Assembly: GCA_965237415.1 (NCBI GenBank)
Contig: CBDEFM010000002.1
Span: forward strand, 1,120,001 to 1,184,000
Direction of reading: 5' to 3'
Source: Alphaproteobacteria bacterium
Lineage (GTDB): Bacteria; Pseudomonadota; Alphaproteobacteria; UBA828
Length of the DNA stretch: 64,000 bases
Shown here: one piece after another, positions 38,198 through 48,207 of the stretch
Numbering within the stretch: position 1 is the first letter of the stretch
Layout: each line of letters starts with the position of its first letter
Made by a program: the position numbers and the translations under genes
Notes under the pieces: generated by a model
Seen by the model: the letters and a program-made list of their open reading frames with translations, nothing else
The model's database searches: none
Told to the model about the DNA's origin: nothing

Positions 38198-38945
38198 CGA
38201 TCGAATCCCGGCCTAGATAGGCCTCGAGGACGTCGGTTTGCTTCAGGACCTCTTGCGGTACGCCGTCTGCAATCTTGCGGCCGAAATTGAGGACGCAGAG
38301 GCGCTGGCATATCTCCGATATCAGGTCGAGCTTGTGCTCGATGACGATGCAGGTGCGCCCCGGCACCGCGAAGTCGCGGATGAGAGCGGCCATCTCCGCC
38401 GTCTCGGTCGGGGTCATGCCCCCGGCTGGCTCGTCCAGCAGCAACAACAACGGCGAGCGGGCGAGCGCCCGTGCCAGTTCGAGCCGCCGCTGATCGGGGA
38501 GCGGCAGGCTGCCCGCCAGAACGTCCCGCCGATCCGCGAGGCCAACGGCGTCGAGCAGGTGGTCGACCTGCGTCCTGCGCGCCCGTTCAGCCGCGGAACC
38601 GTTCGACAGAAGTTCCATGGGCCCAACACCGGGCAGGCTGTGCTGCGCCACCCAGACGTTGTCGCACACGCTCATGCGCTGGAAGATGCGCAGGTTCTGG
38701 AAGGTTCGCGCGATGCCGCGGCGGACGATGCGGGCCGGCGTGTTGTGGGTGATGTCCTCGCCGCCCAGGAGGACGCGGCCCGAATCGGCGGCATGAACGC
38801 CGGTGATCACGTTGAACAGCGTCGTCTTGCCGGAGCCGTTGGGGCCGATGAGGCCGACCACCTCGCCGTCTGCAACCGTGAGATCGAGCACGTCCAGGGC
38901 GGCAACGCCCCCGAAGGACCGGCTGACGCGGTCAATTGTCAGCAC
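38190..38945 (-). CDS. Branched-chain-type ABC ATPase (LivG-like)
   Basis: GPNGSGKTT, ARTFQ, LDEPAGG, IEH. Confidence 0.93.
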   Translation of the reverse strand: MLTIDRVSRSFGGVAALDVLDLTVADGEVVGLIGPNGSGKTTLFNVITGVHAADSGRVLLGGEDITHNTPARIVRRGIARTFQNLRIFQRMSVCDNVWVAQHSLPGVGPMELLSNGSAAERARRTQVDHLLDAVGLADRRDVLAGSLPLPDQRRLELARALARSPLLLLLDEPAGGMTPTETAEMAALIRDFAVPGRTCIVIEHKLDLISEICQRLCVLNFGRKIADGVPQEVLKQTDVLEAYLGRDSIDA

Positions 38946-39843
38946 GCCGCAGTCCTCGCCAACGCGCGCGCAACCAGTGCACGGCGGCTTCGTCCAGCAA
39001 ACCGCGGGGGCGCACGATGAGCAGCAGGGCGACCAGACCGCCGAAGACGATCATGCGATAGCCGGAGATCGCCCGGATCGATTCCAGCAAGCCGATATCG
39101 AGGGCAACGCCGATCAACGGTCCGAACGCCGTGCCCAATCCGCCGATCAATCCGTAGGCCAGGCCGTGCACACCCAGCATGACGTTGAAGATCTTGGGCT
39201 CGACGTAGGTCGTAAGGTGAGCGTAGAGCGCGCCTCCGATGCCGGCGACGACACCGGCCATGACGACGGCCAGAATCTTGTATGCGGTGACGTTCAGCCC
39301 CTGCATCTCGGTGAGCAACGGGTCCTCGCCGATCATCCGGAAGATGGCGCCGAGGCGGGAGCGCTCGAGAATCAGAAAGGCGATGAGGACCACCGCCAGC
39401 AGCCCATAGATGATCAGCATGTACTCGAACGCCGAGACGTTGCTGTCATAGATCGCGCGAATGTCGCGAAATCCGTCGGATCCGTTGGGGCCGACCAGCT
39501 CACCGTCGATCTCGACCTGATAGGTGAATATCTCGAAGATCAGCCGCACCATCTCGGCGAAGGCGAGGGTCGCCACGGAGAAGTAGAGCCCGCGCAGCCG
39601 GACCGTCGGGATGGCCACCGCCAGTGCCGCCCCCCCGGCGAGCAGCGCGCCCCACACCAGGCCGAGCCAGAACGGCCAGCCCCACATCGCGGTCGCGATG
39701 CCTGAGCCATAGGCGCCGATGGCGAAGAACGCCTGTTGACCGAATGAGATCTCGCCGACGACGAGCAGCAGATAGGCCGAGAGCGCGATGAACGAGATCA
39801 TGCCGATGTTGGAGAGGATCGCGATGAGATAGGCGCTTTCCAT
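38932..39843 (-). CDS. Branched-chain-type ABC permease (LivM-like)
   Basis: SFGQ.AFFAIGAY, RLRGLY..VATLAF.E. Confidence 0.92.
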   Translation of the reverse strand: MESAYLIAILSNIGMISFIALSAYLLLVVGEISFGQQAFFAIGAYGSGIATAMWGWPFWLGLVWGALLAGGAALAVAIPTVRLRGLYFSVATLAFAEMVRLIFEIFTYQVEIDGELVGPNGSDGFRDIRAIYDSNVSAFEYMLIIYGLLAVVLIAFLILERSRLGAIFRMIGEDPLLTEMQGLNVTAYKILAVVMAGVVAGIGGALYAHLTTYVEPKIFNVMLGVHGLAYGLIGGLGTAFGPLIGVALDIGLLESIRAISGYRMIVFGGLVALLLIVRPRGLLDEAAVHWLRARWRGLRRADN

Positions 39844-39846
39844 CGC

Positions 39847-40746
39847 TCAGACCCGCCGCGTCGCCGTCTGTTCGCGCTCCACGGCGAGCTGGCCCATGAG
39901 GCCGCCCGGCCGGAAGACCAGGAACAGGAACAAGAGGAAGTAGGCGGAGAGGTCCCTGTACTCGGCGCCCAGATACCAGAGGCTCTGGGCTTCGACGACG
40001 CCCAGCAGCAACCCACCGAGGATGGCGCCGGGGATCGAGCCCATGCCGCCCAGCATCATGGCGATCAGCCCCTTGAACGTGGCCCAGAGGCCGAATAGCG
40101 GGGTGATCTGGCCGTCCGCGGCGACGATCAGATAGGCAGCAACGCCGCCGAAGGCAGAGGCGATGGCGAAGGCCAGAAACATGACCGCGCTGACATTGAT
40201 GCCCATGAAGCGCGCCGCGCGCGGGTCTTCGGAAACGGCGCGCACAGCCAAGCCGAAACGCGTGCGCTGCAACAGCCAGTGGAGCCAGACGGTCATGACG
40301 ACCGCGCACGCGAACATCACGACGTTCTCCAGCTTGAAGAAGAACGGGCCCAACTCGACCGGACCGGCTGTGACCAGAGGCGGAAAGGGGTAGGTCCGAT
40401 CCGGAAACACCACGGTGACGGACTCTTCCAGCTGCATCCATATGACGAAGCTCGAGACCATCGACGCCGCGGCCGCACCTTGGCGAATGGCCCGGAAGCA
40501 CAGACGCTCGACATAGATTCCGGCAATCACGGCGCCGACCACGGTGGCAGCGGCGATCGCGACGGCATTGGCCTTGAACTCGACATAGACCAGCGTGCCG
40601 ACGAACGCGCCGACCATGATCGACGGCCCGTAGGAGAGGTTGAGCCGACGCATGACGCCGAAGATCAGGGTGAACCCTATGGCGAGCAGCGCATAGGACG
40701 AGCCCAGCATGATGCCGTCGAGGCAGTTCTGGATGAAATCAACCAC
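39847..40746 (-). CDS. Branched-chain-type ABC permease (LivH-like)
   Basis: GSSYALLAIGFTLIFG, RTRFG.A.RAV, GG.GSI.GA. Confidence 0.92.
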   Translation of the reverse strand: MVDFIQNCLDGIMLGSSYALLAIGFTLIFGVMRRLNLSYGPSIMVGAFVGTLVYVEFKANAVAIAAATVVGAVIAGIYVERLCFRAIRQGAAAASMVSSFVIWMQLEESVTVVFPDRTYPFPPLVTAGPVELGPFFFKLENVVMFACAVVMTVWLHWLLQRTRFGLAVRAVSEDPRAARFMGINVSAVMFLAFAIASAFGGVAAYLIVAADGQITPLFGLWATFKGLIAMMLGGMGSIPGAILGGLLLGVVEAQSLWYLGAEYRDLSAYFLLFLFLVFRPGGLMGQLAVEREQTATRRV

Positions 40747-40797
40747 CGACCTCTTCCCGCGCCCCTGTCGGAGGTCCGGTCATGAACGTCTGCCGAC

Positions 40798-41565
40798 CTA
40801 GAGCGTGGTCCCGTCGGGGCGGCCCCGATCCCCGGCAGGCGGATCGCGTTGCACGTTCTTTCCCAGATAGGCGCGCTGGATCACTTCGTGCTCGGAGAGC
40901 TGCCCCGGCTTGCCGCTGAACGTCACCTGCCCCTGTTCCAGGAGGAAGAAGTGATCGGCCACCTGCAGCGCCATATGCGCGTTCTGCTCGACCAGAAATA
41001 TCGTGGTGCCGTCCGCGTTCAGGTCGCTGATGATCCGGAAGATCTCCTCGACGATCAGAGGTGCGAGGCCGAGGGACGGCTCATCCATCATCAATAGTCT
41101 GGGCCGCGCCATCAAGGCGCGGGCGACGGCCAGCATCTGCTGCTCGCCGCCGGAAAGCGTGCCGGCCAACTGCTTCGACCGTTCCTGCAATCTGGGAAAC
41201 CGCGTGAAGGCGTGATCGATGTCCTGTTGCACAAGTGCCTTGCTCTTGCCGAGCCGGAGATAGGCACCGGCGATGAGATTCTCGCGCACGTTCATGTCGG
41301 CAAAGACGAGCCGGTTCTCCGGAACCAAGGCGATTCCCCGCTTCACGACCCCGCTCGGCCTCATGCCGGTGATGTCGCGATCGAGGAAGCTGATGGTGCC
41401 GCGTCTCGGCCTCAGAATGCCGGCAATCGTCATCATCAGCGTGGTCTTGCCGGCGCCGTTCGGGCCCAGCAGGCAGGTGATCCCGCCTTCGTCGACCGCG
41501 AGGTCGACGCCGCGCAACGCTTCGATATTGCCGTAGGAAACGGCGACGTCGCTCACGTCAAGCAT
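40798..41565 (-). CDS. Branched-chain-type ABC ATPase (LivF-like)
   Basis: GPNGAGKTT, LSGGEQQML, DEPSLGLAP. Confidence 0.93.
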   Translation of the reverse strand: MLDVSDVAVSYGNIEALRGVDLAVDEGGITCLLGPNGAGKTTLMMTIAGILRPRRGTISFLDRDITGMRPSGVVKRGIALVPENRLVFADMNVRENLIAGAYLRLGKSKALVQQDIDHAFTRFPRLQERSKQLAGTLSGGEQQMLAVARALMARPRLLMMDEPSLGLAPLIVEEIFRIISDLNADGTTIFLVEQNAHMALQVADHFFLLEQGQVTFSGKPGQLSEHEVIQRAYLGKNVQRDPPAGDRGRPDGTTL

Positions 41566-42325
41566 TCGCCGCCCCCACGTTGCCGCCGAGGTACGCCTGC
41601 TGGACCGCTTCGTCCTCCTGAATCGCGGCCGGCAGGCCTTCGGCGATCTTGCGCCCGAAGTTGAGCACTGCGATGCGGTCGGTCACGCCCATGACGAGTT
41701 CCATGACGTGCTCGACCAGGACGATCGTTATGCCTGCCTGCTGAAGGTCGCGCAGGCGGCCGTCCAGCGCATGCACCTCCTCCAGGTTCATGCCGGCGGC
41801 GGGTTCGTCGAGCAGCAGGAGCCTGGGCTTCGTGGCAAGGGCCCGGGCCAGCTCCAGGCGGCGCTGCTCCCCGAAGGAGAGGTTGGCCGCGAGCTCGTCC
41901 CGCTTGCCGCTCAGCCCGGCGAAGTCGAGCTGTTCATCCACCGCATCGCGCGCGCCGCCCGAACCGAGGAACCATCGCTTCACAAAATTCTCGCGGCGGC
42001 GGTCCTCAACCGAGTTTTGCGCCACCCACAGGTTCTGCCAGACCGTGAGGTGGCCGAACAGACGGATGTTCTGAAACGTTCGCGCCACGCCCGCCGCCAG
42101 CACCCGGTGGGGCTGCGCGCCGGTGATGTCGCGGTCCTCGAAGACGACTCGCCCGCCAGTGACCGGCAGGACGCCGCAGATCAAATTGACCGTGGTGCTC
42201 TTGCCCGAGCCGTTAGGGCCGATCAGACCGAAGATCTCGCCCTCTTCGACCGTGAGATCGAGCTCGTCGACGGCATGAACGCCGCCGAAATGCTTGCTGA
42301 GGGATGTGAGTTGCAATAACGGCAT
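41558..42325 (-). CDS. Branched-chain-type ABC ATPase (LivG-like)
   Basis: GPNGSGKST, LSFGEQRRLE, DEPAAG. Confidence 0.93.
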   Translation of the reverse strand: MPLLQLTSLSKHFGGVHAVDELDLTVEEGEIFGLIGPNGSGKSTTVNLICGVLPVTGGRVVFEDRDITGAQPHRVLAAGVARTFQNIRLFGHLTVWQNLWVAQNSVEDRRRENFVKRWFLGSGGARDAVDEQLDFAGLSGKRDELAANLSFGEQRRLELARALATKPRLLLLDEPAAGMNLEEVHALDGRLRDLQQAGITIVLVEHVMELVMGVTDRIAVLNFGRKIAEGLPAAIQEDEAVQQAYLGGNVGAANA

Positions 42326-42329
42326 CGCT

Positions 42330-43223
42330 CTATCTGCGCGTGAACAGCCCACGGATGAGTCGCACGGAGCGCTCGTCGATGAACCCGCGCGGCTGGATGT
42401 TCATGGCGAGCACGATCAGCGCCCCGAACAGCAGGTTTCGCCAGTCGCCCATGAAGCGCAGCCCCTCGACGAGAATCCCCTGGATGAAGATCACCGCCAC
42501 GAGCGTGCCGAAGACATTGCGGAGTCCGCCCAGGATCGGATAGGCGATGGCGAAGGTCGCCAGCATGACACCGAAGTTCAGGTGCTCGATGTGCGTCGTG
42601 TAGTGGGCGTAGATGGCGCCGCCGATGCCGGCGATGAAGCCACCGGCGGCGAACGCGCCGACCTTCACCGCCGTCAGGTTGATGCCGACGCTCTGAGCGG
42701 CCAGCTCGTCCTCGCCGACGGCCCGCAGAACGGCGCCCGCGCGTGAGCGATCCGTCCACCAGAGCGCCAGCATGACGAGGGCGACGATCACCCAGACGAA
42801 GATCGCGACGTCCAGAGTGGTCCAGCCGTTCTCGGGAAAGAAGCGGATCTGCTTGAACCCTTCGCCGCCCTGCGGTCCGACGGCGATGCCCTCCTTTGCG
42901 ATCTGGTAATCGAAATTGAACCAGAACAGGCGGATGAACTCGCCTAAGGCAATCGTCGCGACCACCAGCATCAGGCCCTTTATCCTGAGTACCGGGAAGC
43001 CGACGATGCCGGCCACGATGCCGGCGACCGTGGCCGCCACCAGAAGCGCCGGGACGATGTGCCAGCCCTCCAGCACCGTGAGCATGGCGGATACATAGGC
43101 GCCGATGGCGAAGAAGCCCGCCTGCGCCAGCGTGACTTGGCCGGTCTGCAGGACGACATAGGCGGACAGCCCGAGGATCGTGTGGACGCCGATGATCTGA
43201 GCGAGCCCGAAGAAGAAGTCCAT
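42330..43223 (-). CDS. Branched-chain-type ABC permease (LivM-like)
   Basis: TGQ..LAQAGFFAIGAY, RAVGEDELAA. Confidence 0.92.
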   Translation of the reverse strand: MDFFFGLAQIIGVHTILGLSAYVVLQTGQVTLAQAGFFAIGAYVSAMLTVLEGWHIVPALLVAATVAGIVAGIVGFPVLRIKGLMLVVATIALGEFIRLFWFNFDYQIAKEGIAVGPQGGEGFKQIRFFPENGWTTLDVAIFVWVIVALVMLALWWTDRSRAGAVLRAVGEDELAAQSVGINLTAVKVGAFAAGGFIAGIGGAIYAHYTTHIEHLNFGVMLATFAIAYPILGGLRNVFGTLVAVIFIQGILVEGLRFMGDWRNLLFGALIVLAMNIQPRGFIDERSVRLIRGLFTRR

Positions 43224-43238
43224 CGCCCCCTCCCCCGC

Positions 43239-44120
43239 TCAGTCGCGCGCCACCGAGCGCGAGAAGATGCCGCCGGGCCGAAACACCAGGAACACGAACA
43301 GCAGCAGCATCACGTACATGTCCCGTTCGGTGACTCCTCTGAACGCCAGGAAGAAGTTCTCGAAGGCGCCGACCGCGAGGCCGGCGACGATCGCACCCGG
43401 GATGCTGCCGAGACCGCCGATGACGCAGACGATGAGCCCCTTGACCGTGATCGGCACGACCAGCAGGGGCGAGAGCACGCCGACCGAGGCGCCGATCATG
43501 GCGCCCGCCAGCCCGCCCAACAGGCCGGTGATGACGAAGGTGACCGCGTTCGTGCGTTCCAGGCTGATGCCGGCGAGCTGCGCCGCAACCGGCTGCATCG
43601 CCACGGCCCGCGTGGCGATGCCGAGCCGCGTGCGATAGAGCATGAACATGAGCACGACCGTGGCCACCAGCGAGAGGAAGAAGATGAACAGCAGATCGCC
43701 ACGCAGGCCGAATTCGCCGAATTCCATATAGACATCTGCGAACAGGGCCGGGTAGGGCTGGGGCATGCCGTCGGTCGCATGGACAATAATCTCGTCGATC
43801 AAGATCAACATGCCGACCGTCGCCATCAATGTCGCGAGCGGGCTGGAGAGCGGTATGAAGCGAAAATTGGCGAGATAAATCAGATAGGCGATGGCGCCAG
43901 AGCCGATTGCGGCGACGAGGAACGTGACCAGGGCGGGCAACGGCACATAGGCGGCAACGGCGATGCTGACATAGGCGCCGGCGATCGAGGCGGCGCCATA
44001 GGCCAGGTTCAGCTTGTGCATGACCCCGAAAATCAGGGTGAAACCGATGCCGATCAGCGCATAGATCGAACCGAACAGCAGGCCGTCCGTGATCGACTGA
44101 AAGAAGTCGAGCAGGTCCAC
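43239..44120 (-). CDS. Branched-chain-type ABC permease (LivH-like)
   Basis: GSIYALIGIGFTLIFG, RTRLG.A.RAVA. Confidence 0.92.
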   Translation of the reverse strand: MDLLDFFQSITDGLLFGSIYALIGIGFTLIFGVMHKLNLAYGAASIAGAYVSIAVAAYVPLPALVTFLVAAIGSGAIAYLIYLANFRFIPLSSPLATLMATVGMLILIDEIIVHATDGMPQPYPALFADVYMEFGEFGLRGDLLFIFFLSLVATVVLMFMLYRTRLGIATRAVAMQPVAAQLAGISLERTNAVTFVITGLLGGLAGAMIGASVGVLSPLLVVPITVKGLIVCVIGGLGSIPGAIVAGLAVGAFENFFLAFRGVTERDMYVMLLLFVFLVFRPGGIFSRSVARD

Positions 44121-44159
44121 CGGGTCATCCCCCGCGTGACACTCGTCGACGAAATGCGA

Positions 44160-44193
44160 GCGGGCGTGCGCCTGTCAGCCGGCGCACACCCGC
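44160..44193 (-). terminator. Stem-loop after the SBP gene (partial terminator or mRNA stabiliser)
   Basis: GCGGGCGTGCGCC / GGCGCACACCCGC, 12 of 13 paired; no U-tract. Confidence 0.5.
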
Positions 44194-44203
44194 CCGGTGA
44201 AGA

Positions 44204-45415
44204 CTACTGCGACGGGTCGTGGAGGATGGCCCACTCCCCAGCCTGGGCGTGCACATAGAGGTAAGGCTTGATCGCCTCGCCCTCGTCCGTGCGCTGGATT
44301 TTGCCGAGGAGCCCGTCGGTTTCCTTCAGATTCGCCAGCCCGTCACGGATCTTGCGCCGGTCCGCGTCCACCGAATCGCCGTCGGCCGTGACTCCCTGGG
44401 CTTCCATGACCTCCTTGAGGATCATCACGATTTCCCAGGCGGCGGCGCTGTGCAGATCCGCGCTACCGTCGAACTTCGCCGCCGCGGCGGCGGCGGCCTT
44501 GGCGGCCGGCGTGACCGGCGCGAAGCTGGTTGGGATGATGATGCCCTCTGCCTGTTCGGAGCAGCCCTGCAGGGTCTCCATACTTGACGAGCTCGTGAGC
44601 CCGACCAGCAGCTGCGGCTTGACGCGCTGGCGCTTCATCTCCTTCAGCACACCGCAGGTCGTGAAGGGATGCGCCGAGATGGCGACGATATCGGCCTTCG
44701 CCTTCTTCATCTGGCGTACTTGGGTGGTGAAGTTGGTGTCGTTCAGGAGCCACTTGGATTCGCCGAGCACCTCATAGCCTGCCTCGGGCGAACGCTGCTT
44801 CATCACCTTGTGCCAGGTGAAGCGGGAATGGGCGAAATCCTCCTCGACACCGCCATAGACGGTCTTGAGGTCCGGGTGCTCCGCGCTGATCCATTCGAAC
44901 AGCGCCTTGTACATCTGGTTCTCGTTGGGGACGTTGCGGAACGCCCACTGGGAGATCTTCGCCAACCCGCCCTTGATGGCGGTATCGGTGAAGATCGGAA
45001 TTTGAAGCCCGGAATCCCCGTCATCGTCGACGTTCTTCTGCAACACACCGAACAGCGGTTCGGCGACATTCGAACAGGTCGGTCCGATGGCGACGAGCGC
45101 ATCGCTGCCGGCGATGCGGCGCAGCACCGAAATGCCCTCTTCCGCATTGCAGCGATCATCGTAGAACGTCAGCTCCATCATCGCCATGGAACCATCGGCC
45201 AGCTTGACGCCGCCCGCCGCATTCACGGCTTCGATCGCGCCGCTCAACACCGCTTCCGTGTTGATGCCGAACGAGCGCACGACGCCGGACTTCGCTCCGA
45301 AGCCGGCGAGCTGCACCGTATTGTCCGCGGAGGACACCTCGCTATGCGTCCCAAGGCTCGCAGCCACGGCGAGCGCGGCCACGGCACCAAGCCTGACTAG
45401 CTTGCAATTCAGCAT
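44204..45415 (-). CDS. ABC substrate-binding protein (LivJ/K-like)
   Basis: Signal peptide; VNAAGGV, DDRC, IGPTCS, W.FRN. Confidence 0.9.
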   Translation of the reverse strand: MLNCKLVRLGAVAALAVAASLGTHSEVSSADNTVQLAGFGAKSGVVRSFGINTEAVLSGAIEAVNAAGGVKLADGSMAMMELTFYDDRCNAEEGISVLRRIAGSDALVAIGPTCSNVAEPLFGVLQKNVDDDGDSGLQIPIFTDTAIKGGLAKISQWAFRNVPNENQMYKALFEWISAEHPDLKTVYGGVEEDFAHSRFTWHKVMKQRSPEAGYEVLGESKWLLNDTNFTTQVRQMKKAKADIVAISAHPFTTCGVLKEMKRQRVKPQLLVGLTSSSSMETLQGCSEQAEGIIIPTSFAPVTPAAKAAAAAAAKFDGSADLHSAAAWEIVMILKEVMEAQGVTADGDSVDADRRKIRDGLANLKETDGLLGKIQRTDEGEAIKPYLYVHAQAGEWAILHDPSQ

Positions 45416-45616
45416 CTGCCTCTCCCATGCGTTGACGTCGGATTCCGATCCGACCGACCCCGTGTCTTTCGGGGTTCTTGTCGTTGACCGCCACGGTGAT
45501 CAGTCCACCGAGGTCGGCACGTCATTGGCTCGATCTTATACCCGCCCCGCTATCGGAGTCAGTGAATAATTGCCGACAATAGAACAGAATTCCGCCCTCA
45601 ACGGCGAATGGGGCGC

Positions 45617-46033
45617 CTATCGCCCCGGCATACCCTCGTCCTGGGGGAGGTCCGGGTGCAGGAGATCCCAGGGCTGCGCGCTCGCCACGTAGATTTCTCG
45701 GCTCGGCCAGTACGAGCTCGGGTCGTCCAGGCTGCCCGCATAGAGCACCCGCACCGCCGTGTTCGCGCCGTTGAGCAGGAACAGCGGCGAGCCGCATGCG
45801 GGGCAGAATCCCCGCTGCATGGGGTGTCCCCTGTCCGAGGGTCTCTCGAACCAGATCGGCTCGCCGCTGAGCAGGGAGAAATCGCTCTCCTTCACCATCA
45901 CCGCCGGCAGATAGGCGCCGCCGGTCGCCTGCTGGCAGTCGGTGCAATGGCAGTTGCCCATGTAGCGCGGCGCCCCCGCGCACTCGTAGCGAATGGCGCC
46001 GCACGCGCAGCCGCCGCCGAAGGGGAGATCCAT
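45617..46033 (-). CDS. GFA family protein
   Basis: GGCACGAIRY, CHC.DCQ, FC..CGSPL. Confidence 0.92.
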   Translation of the reverse strand: MDLPFGGGCACGAIRYECAGAPRYMGNCHCTDCQQATGGAYLPAVMVKESDFSLLSGEPIWFERPSDRGHPMQRGFCPACGSPLFLLNGANTAVRVLYAGSLDDPSSYWPSREIYVASAQPWDLLHPDLPQDEGMPGR

Positions 46034-46272
46034 GACCGCTTCTCCTCGTGCGTCGTCGGCGGAGTATACCCGCGTTAGAACCGGCCGGGCATTCACCGGC
46101 GCAGCAGCACACGGAGCCCGACGCGGTGTGACCGGCCCCCGCTCGACGGTCCAGTTCGAATGTCGGTAGAGCGGATTCCGTTCGGCACCGCACCTTTATC
46201 CTGTCGCTTGCAAAAAATGGTAAAGAAGACCGGGACTACGGCTTCAGGAAGCAGGTCAAATCGGGAGAGGCC

Positions 46273-47268
46273 ATGAGCAACAAAGCTGCCGTCATCTACG
46301 AAAAGGGCACGCCCGACGTCTTCCGCTGGCAGGACTGGCCGGTCGGCGAGCCGGGACCGGGCGACGTTCTGATCCGGCACGGCGCCATCGGGGTGAACTA
46401 TATCGACACCTACAACCGGCGTGGCATGCCGCATCCGTGGCCGGTGCCGCCGCTGCCCTTCGTCGTGGGCATCGAGGGCGCAGGGACGGTCGAAGCGGTC
46501 GGCGACGGCGTGACGGAATGTGCGGTCGGCGACCGGGTCACCTATGCCAGTCCACCGCACGGCGCCTATGCGCAGCGCCGGGTGATGCCGGCCAAGCGGA
46601 TGGTCAGGCTGCCCGACGGCATCTCCGAGGAAGACGCGGCCGGCATCACGCTCAAGGGCCTCACCGCCCAGTATCTCTTACGCCGAACTTACCGGGTGCA
46701 GCCGGGCGATCCGGTGCTGGTCCATGCGGCGGCAGGCGGCATGGGGCTGATCCTGTGCCAGTGGGCCAAGCACCTGGGTGCGACCGTGATCGGCACGGTC
46801 TCGACCGACGAGAAGGCGGAACTCGCCAAGGCCCACGGTGCCGACCATGTCGCCGTCTATTCGCGCGAGGATTTCGTACCGCTGGTCATGGAGGTCACCG
46901 AAGGCAAGGGCTGCCCGGTGGTATACGAGAGCATCGGCAAGGACACGTTCACCCGCTCGCTGGACTGTTTACGCCCGCTCGGCATCCTGGCGAGCTACGG
47001 CCATGCCTCGGGCGCGCCGGACCCCGTCGATATCGTGGATCTGGGCGCACGCGGCTCGCTGTTCGTCACCCGTCCGGCGCTCATGCACTATGTCGAGGAA
47101 CGCGAGGACCTGGTTGCTTCGGCGCAGGAATTGTTCGACGTCGTCTCAACGGGCGCGGTGACGATCACCGTCCGCAGCCGCTATCCGCTGCGCGAGGCCG
47201 CTGAAGTGCACCGCGCCATCGAGGAACGGCGCACCACCGGCTCGACGGTGCTTCTGCCGTTCGCGTAG
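46273..47268 (+). CDS. NADPH:quinone oxidoreductase (Qor-like)
   Basis: IGVNYID.Y.R.G, HAAAGG.G, GSLFVTRP, TTGSTVL. Confidence 0.93.
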   Translation: MSNKAAVIYEKGTPDVFRWQDWPVGEPGPGDVLIRHGAIGVNYIDTYNRRGMPHPWPVPPLPFVVGIEGAGTVEAVGDGVTECAVGDRVTYASPPHGAYAQRRVMPAKRMVRLPDGISEEDAAGITLKGLTAQYLLRRTYRVQPGDPVLVHAAAGGMGLILCQWAKHLGATVIGTVSTDEKAELAKAHGADHVAVYSREDFVPLVMEVTEGKGCPVVYESIGKDTFTRSLDCLRPLGILASYGHASGAPDPVDIVDLGARGSLFVTRPALMHYVEEREDLVASAQELFDVVSTGAVTITVRSRYPLREAAEVHRAIEERRTTGSTVLLPFA

Positions 47269-47319
47269 CGCATTTCCCGCCCCGCCGGCGCGCCAGTCGT
47301 TTCGACGGACGCGTAAGCT

Positions 47320-48207
47320 CTATACGGGTTGCGCGATCCGGGCCGGATCGCCGGTGTCGAGGGTGGTGACGCGGCGCATCTCCCGCCTGTGCGCGGTGTC
47401 GTCGAAGGGACGGGCGCGGTGCATCGTGGCGCGGTTGTCCCAGATCGCGAAGTCCCCGCTTCGCCACGAATGCCGGTACACGAGCTCAGGTCCTGTCGCG
47501 TGCTCCATGAGGTCGCGGAGCAGGAGCCGGCCATCCGGCACGGGCCGGTCGAGTATCCGAGAGGCGTGCGAGGCGAGGTAGAGGGAGCGCCGCCCGGTGC
47601 GCGGATTGCTCAATACCAGAGGCTGGATGGCCCCCTTGAGCCGGTCGCTCTCCTCCTCCGAGAACTCGAAGCCGAGCGTCACGCGCGAATAGGCGATCGA
47701 ATGGTGCACACGGAGGCCCTCCAGTCCGGCCTTCGTCTCGTCTGCCAGCGTGTCGTAGCCGGCCCGCATGTCCGCGAACTCTGTGTCGGCTGCGACCGGC
47801 GGCAGCACGAGGGCAGCGAGCATCGAGTAGCGGCCGCGCGGGTCCTGAAACGACGCGTCGGTGTGCCAGAGGCGGTTCGCGATACCGTACTGGCGCTTCC
47901 GGCTGTTCGCTTCCAGCACCTCTCCGCCCGCATCGACGTTCGAGACATCGGTGAGTGCTTCGTCGCCGAAGCGGCTCTTCTGCAGAACGCCGATGCCGGT
48001 CTTGCGGTGGAGTTCCCCGTCGAGCCGGACGGCGAAGTCGCGCTGCTCCTCGCTCGAGAACGCCTGGTCCCGGAATACGAGCACCGCGTGCTCGTCCATG
48101 CCCGCCCGGATCTGCTCGAGGGTCTCGTCGTCGTGCACGCCGCGCAGATCGACCGCGCTCGCCTCGGCGGCGAAAACGGGGTGGAGCTTGCGGAACCGCA
48201 GTGTCAT
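47320..48207 (-). CDS. TauD/TfdA family Fe(II)/2-oxoglutarate dioxygenase
   Basis: WHTD, TEFADMR..YD, WDNR..MHR. Confidence 0.93.
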   Translation of the reverse strand: MTLRFRKLHPVFAAEASAVDLRGVHDDETLEQIRAGMDEHAVLVFRDQAFSSEEQRDFAVRLDGELHRKTGIGVLQKSRFGDEALTDVSNVDAGGEVLEANSRKRQYGIANRLWHTDASFQDPRGRYSMLAALVLPPVAADTEFADMRAGYDTLADETKAGLEGLRVHHSIAYSRVTLGFEFSEEESDRLKGAIQPLVLSNPRTGRRSLYLASHASRILDRPVPDGRLLLRDLMEHATGPELVYRHSWRSGDFAIWDNRATMHRARPFDDTAHRREMRRVTTLDTGDPARIAQPV

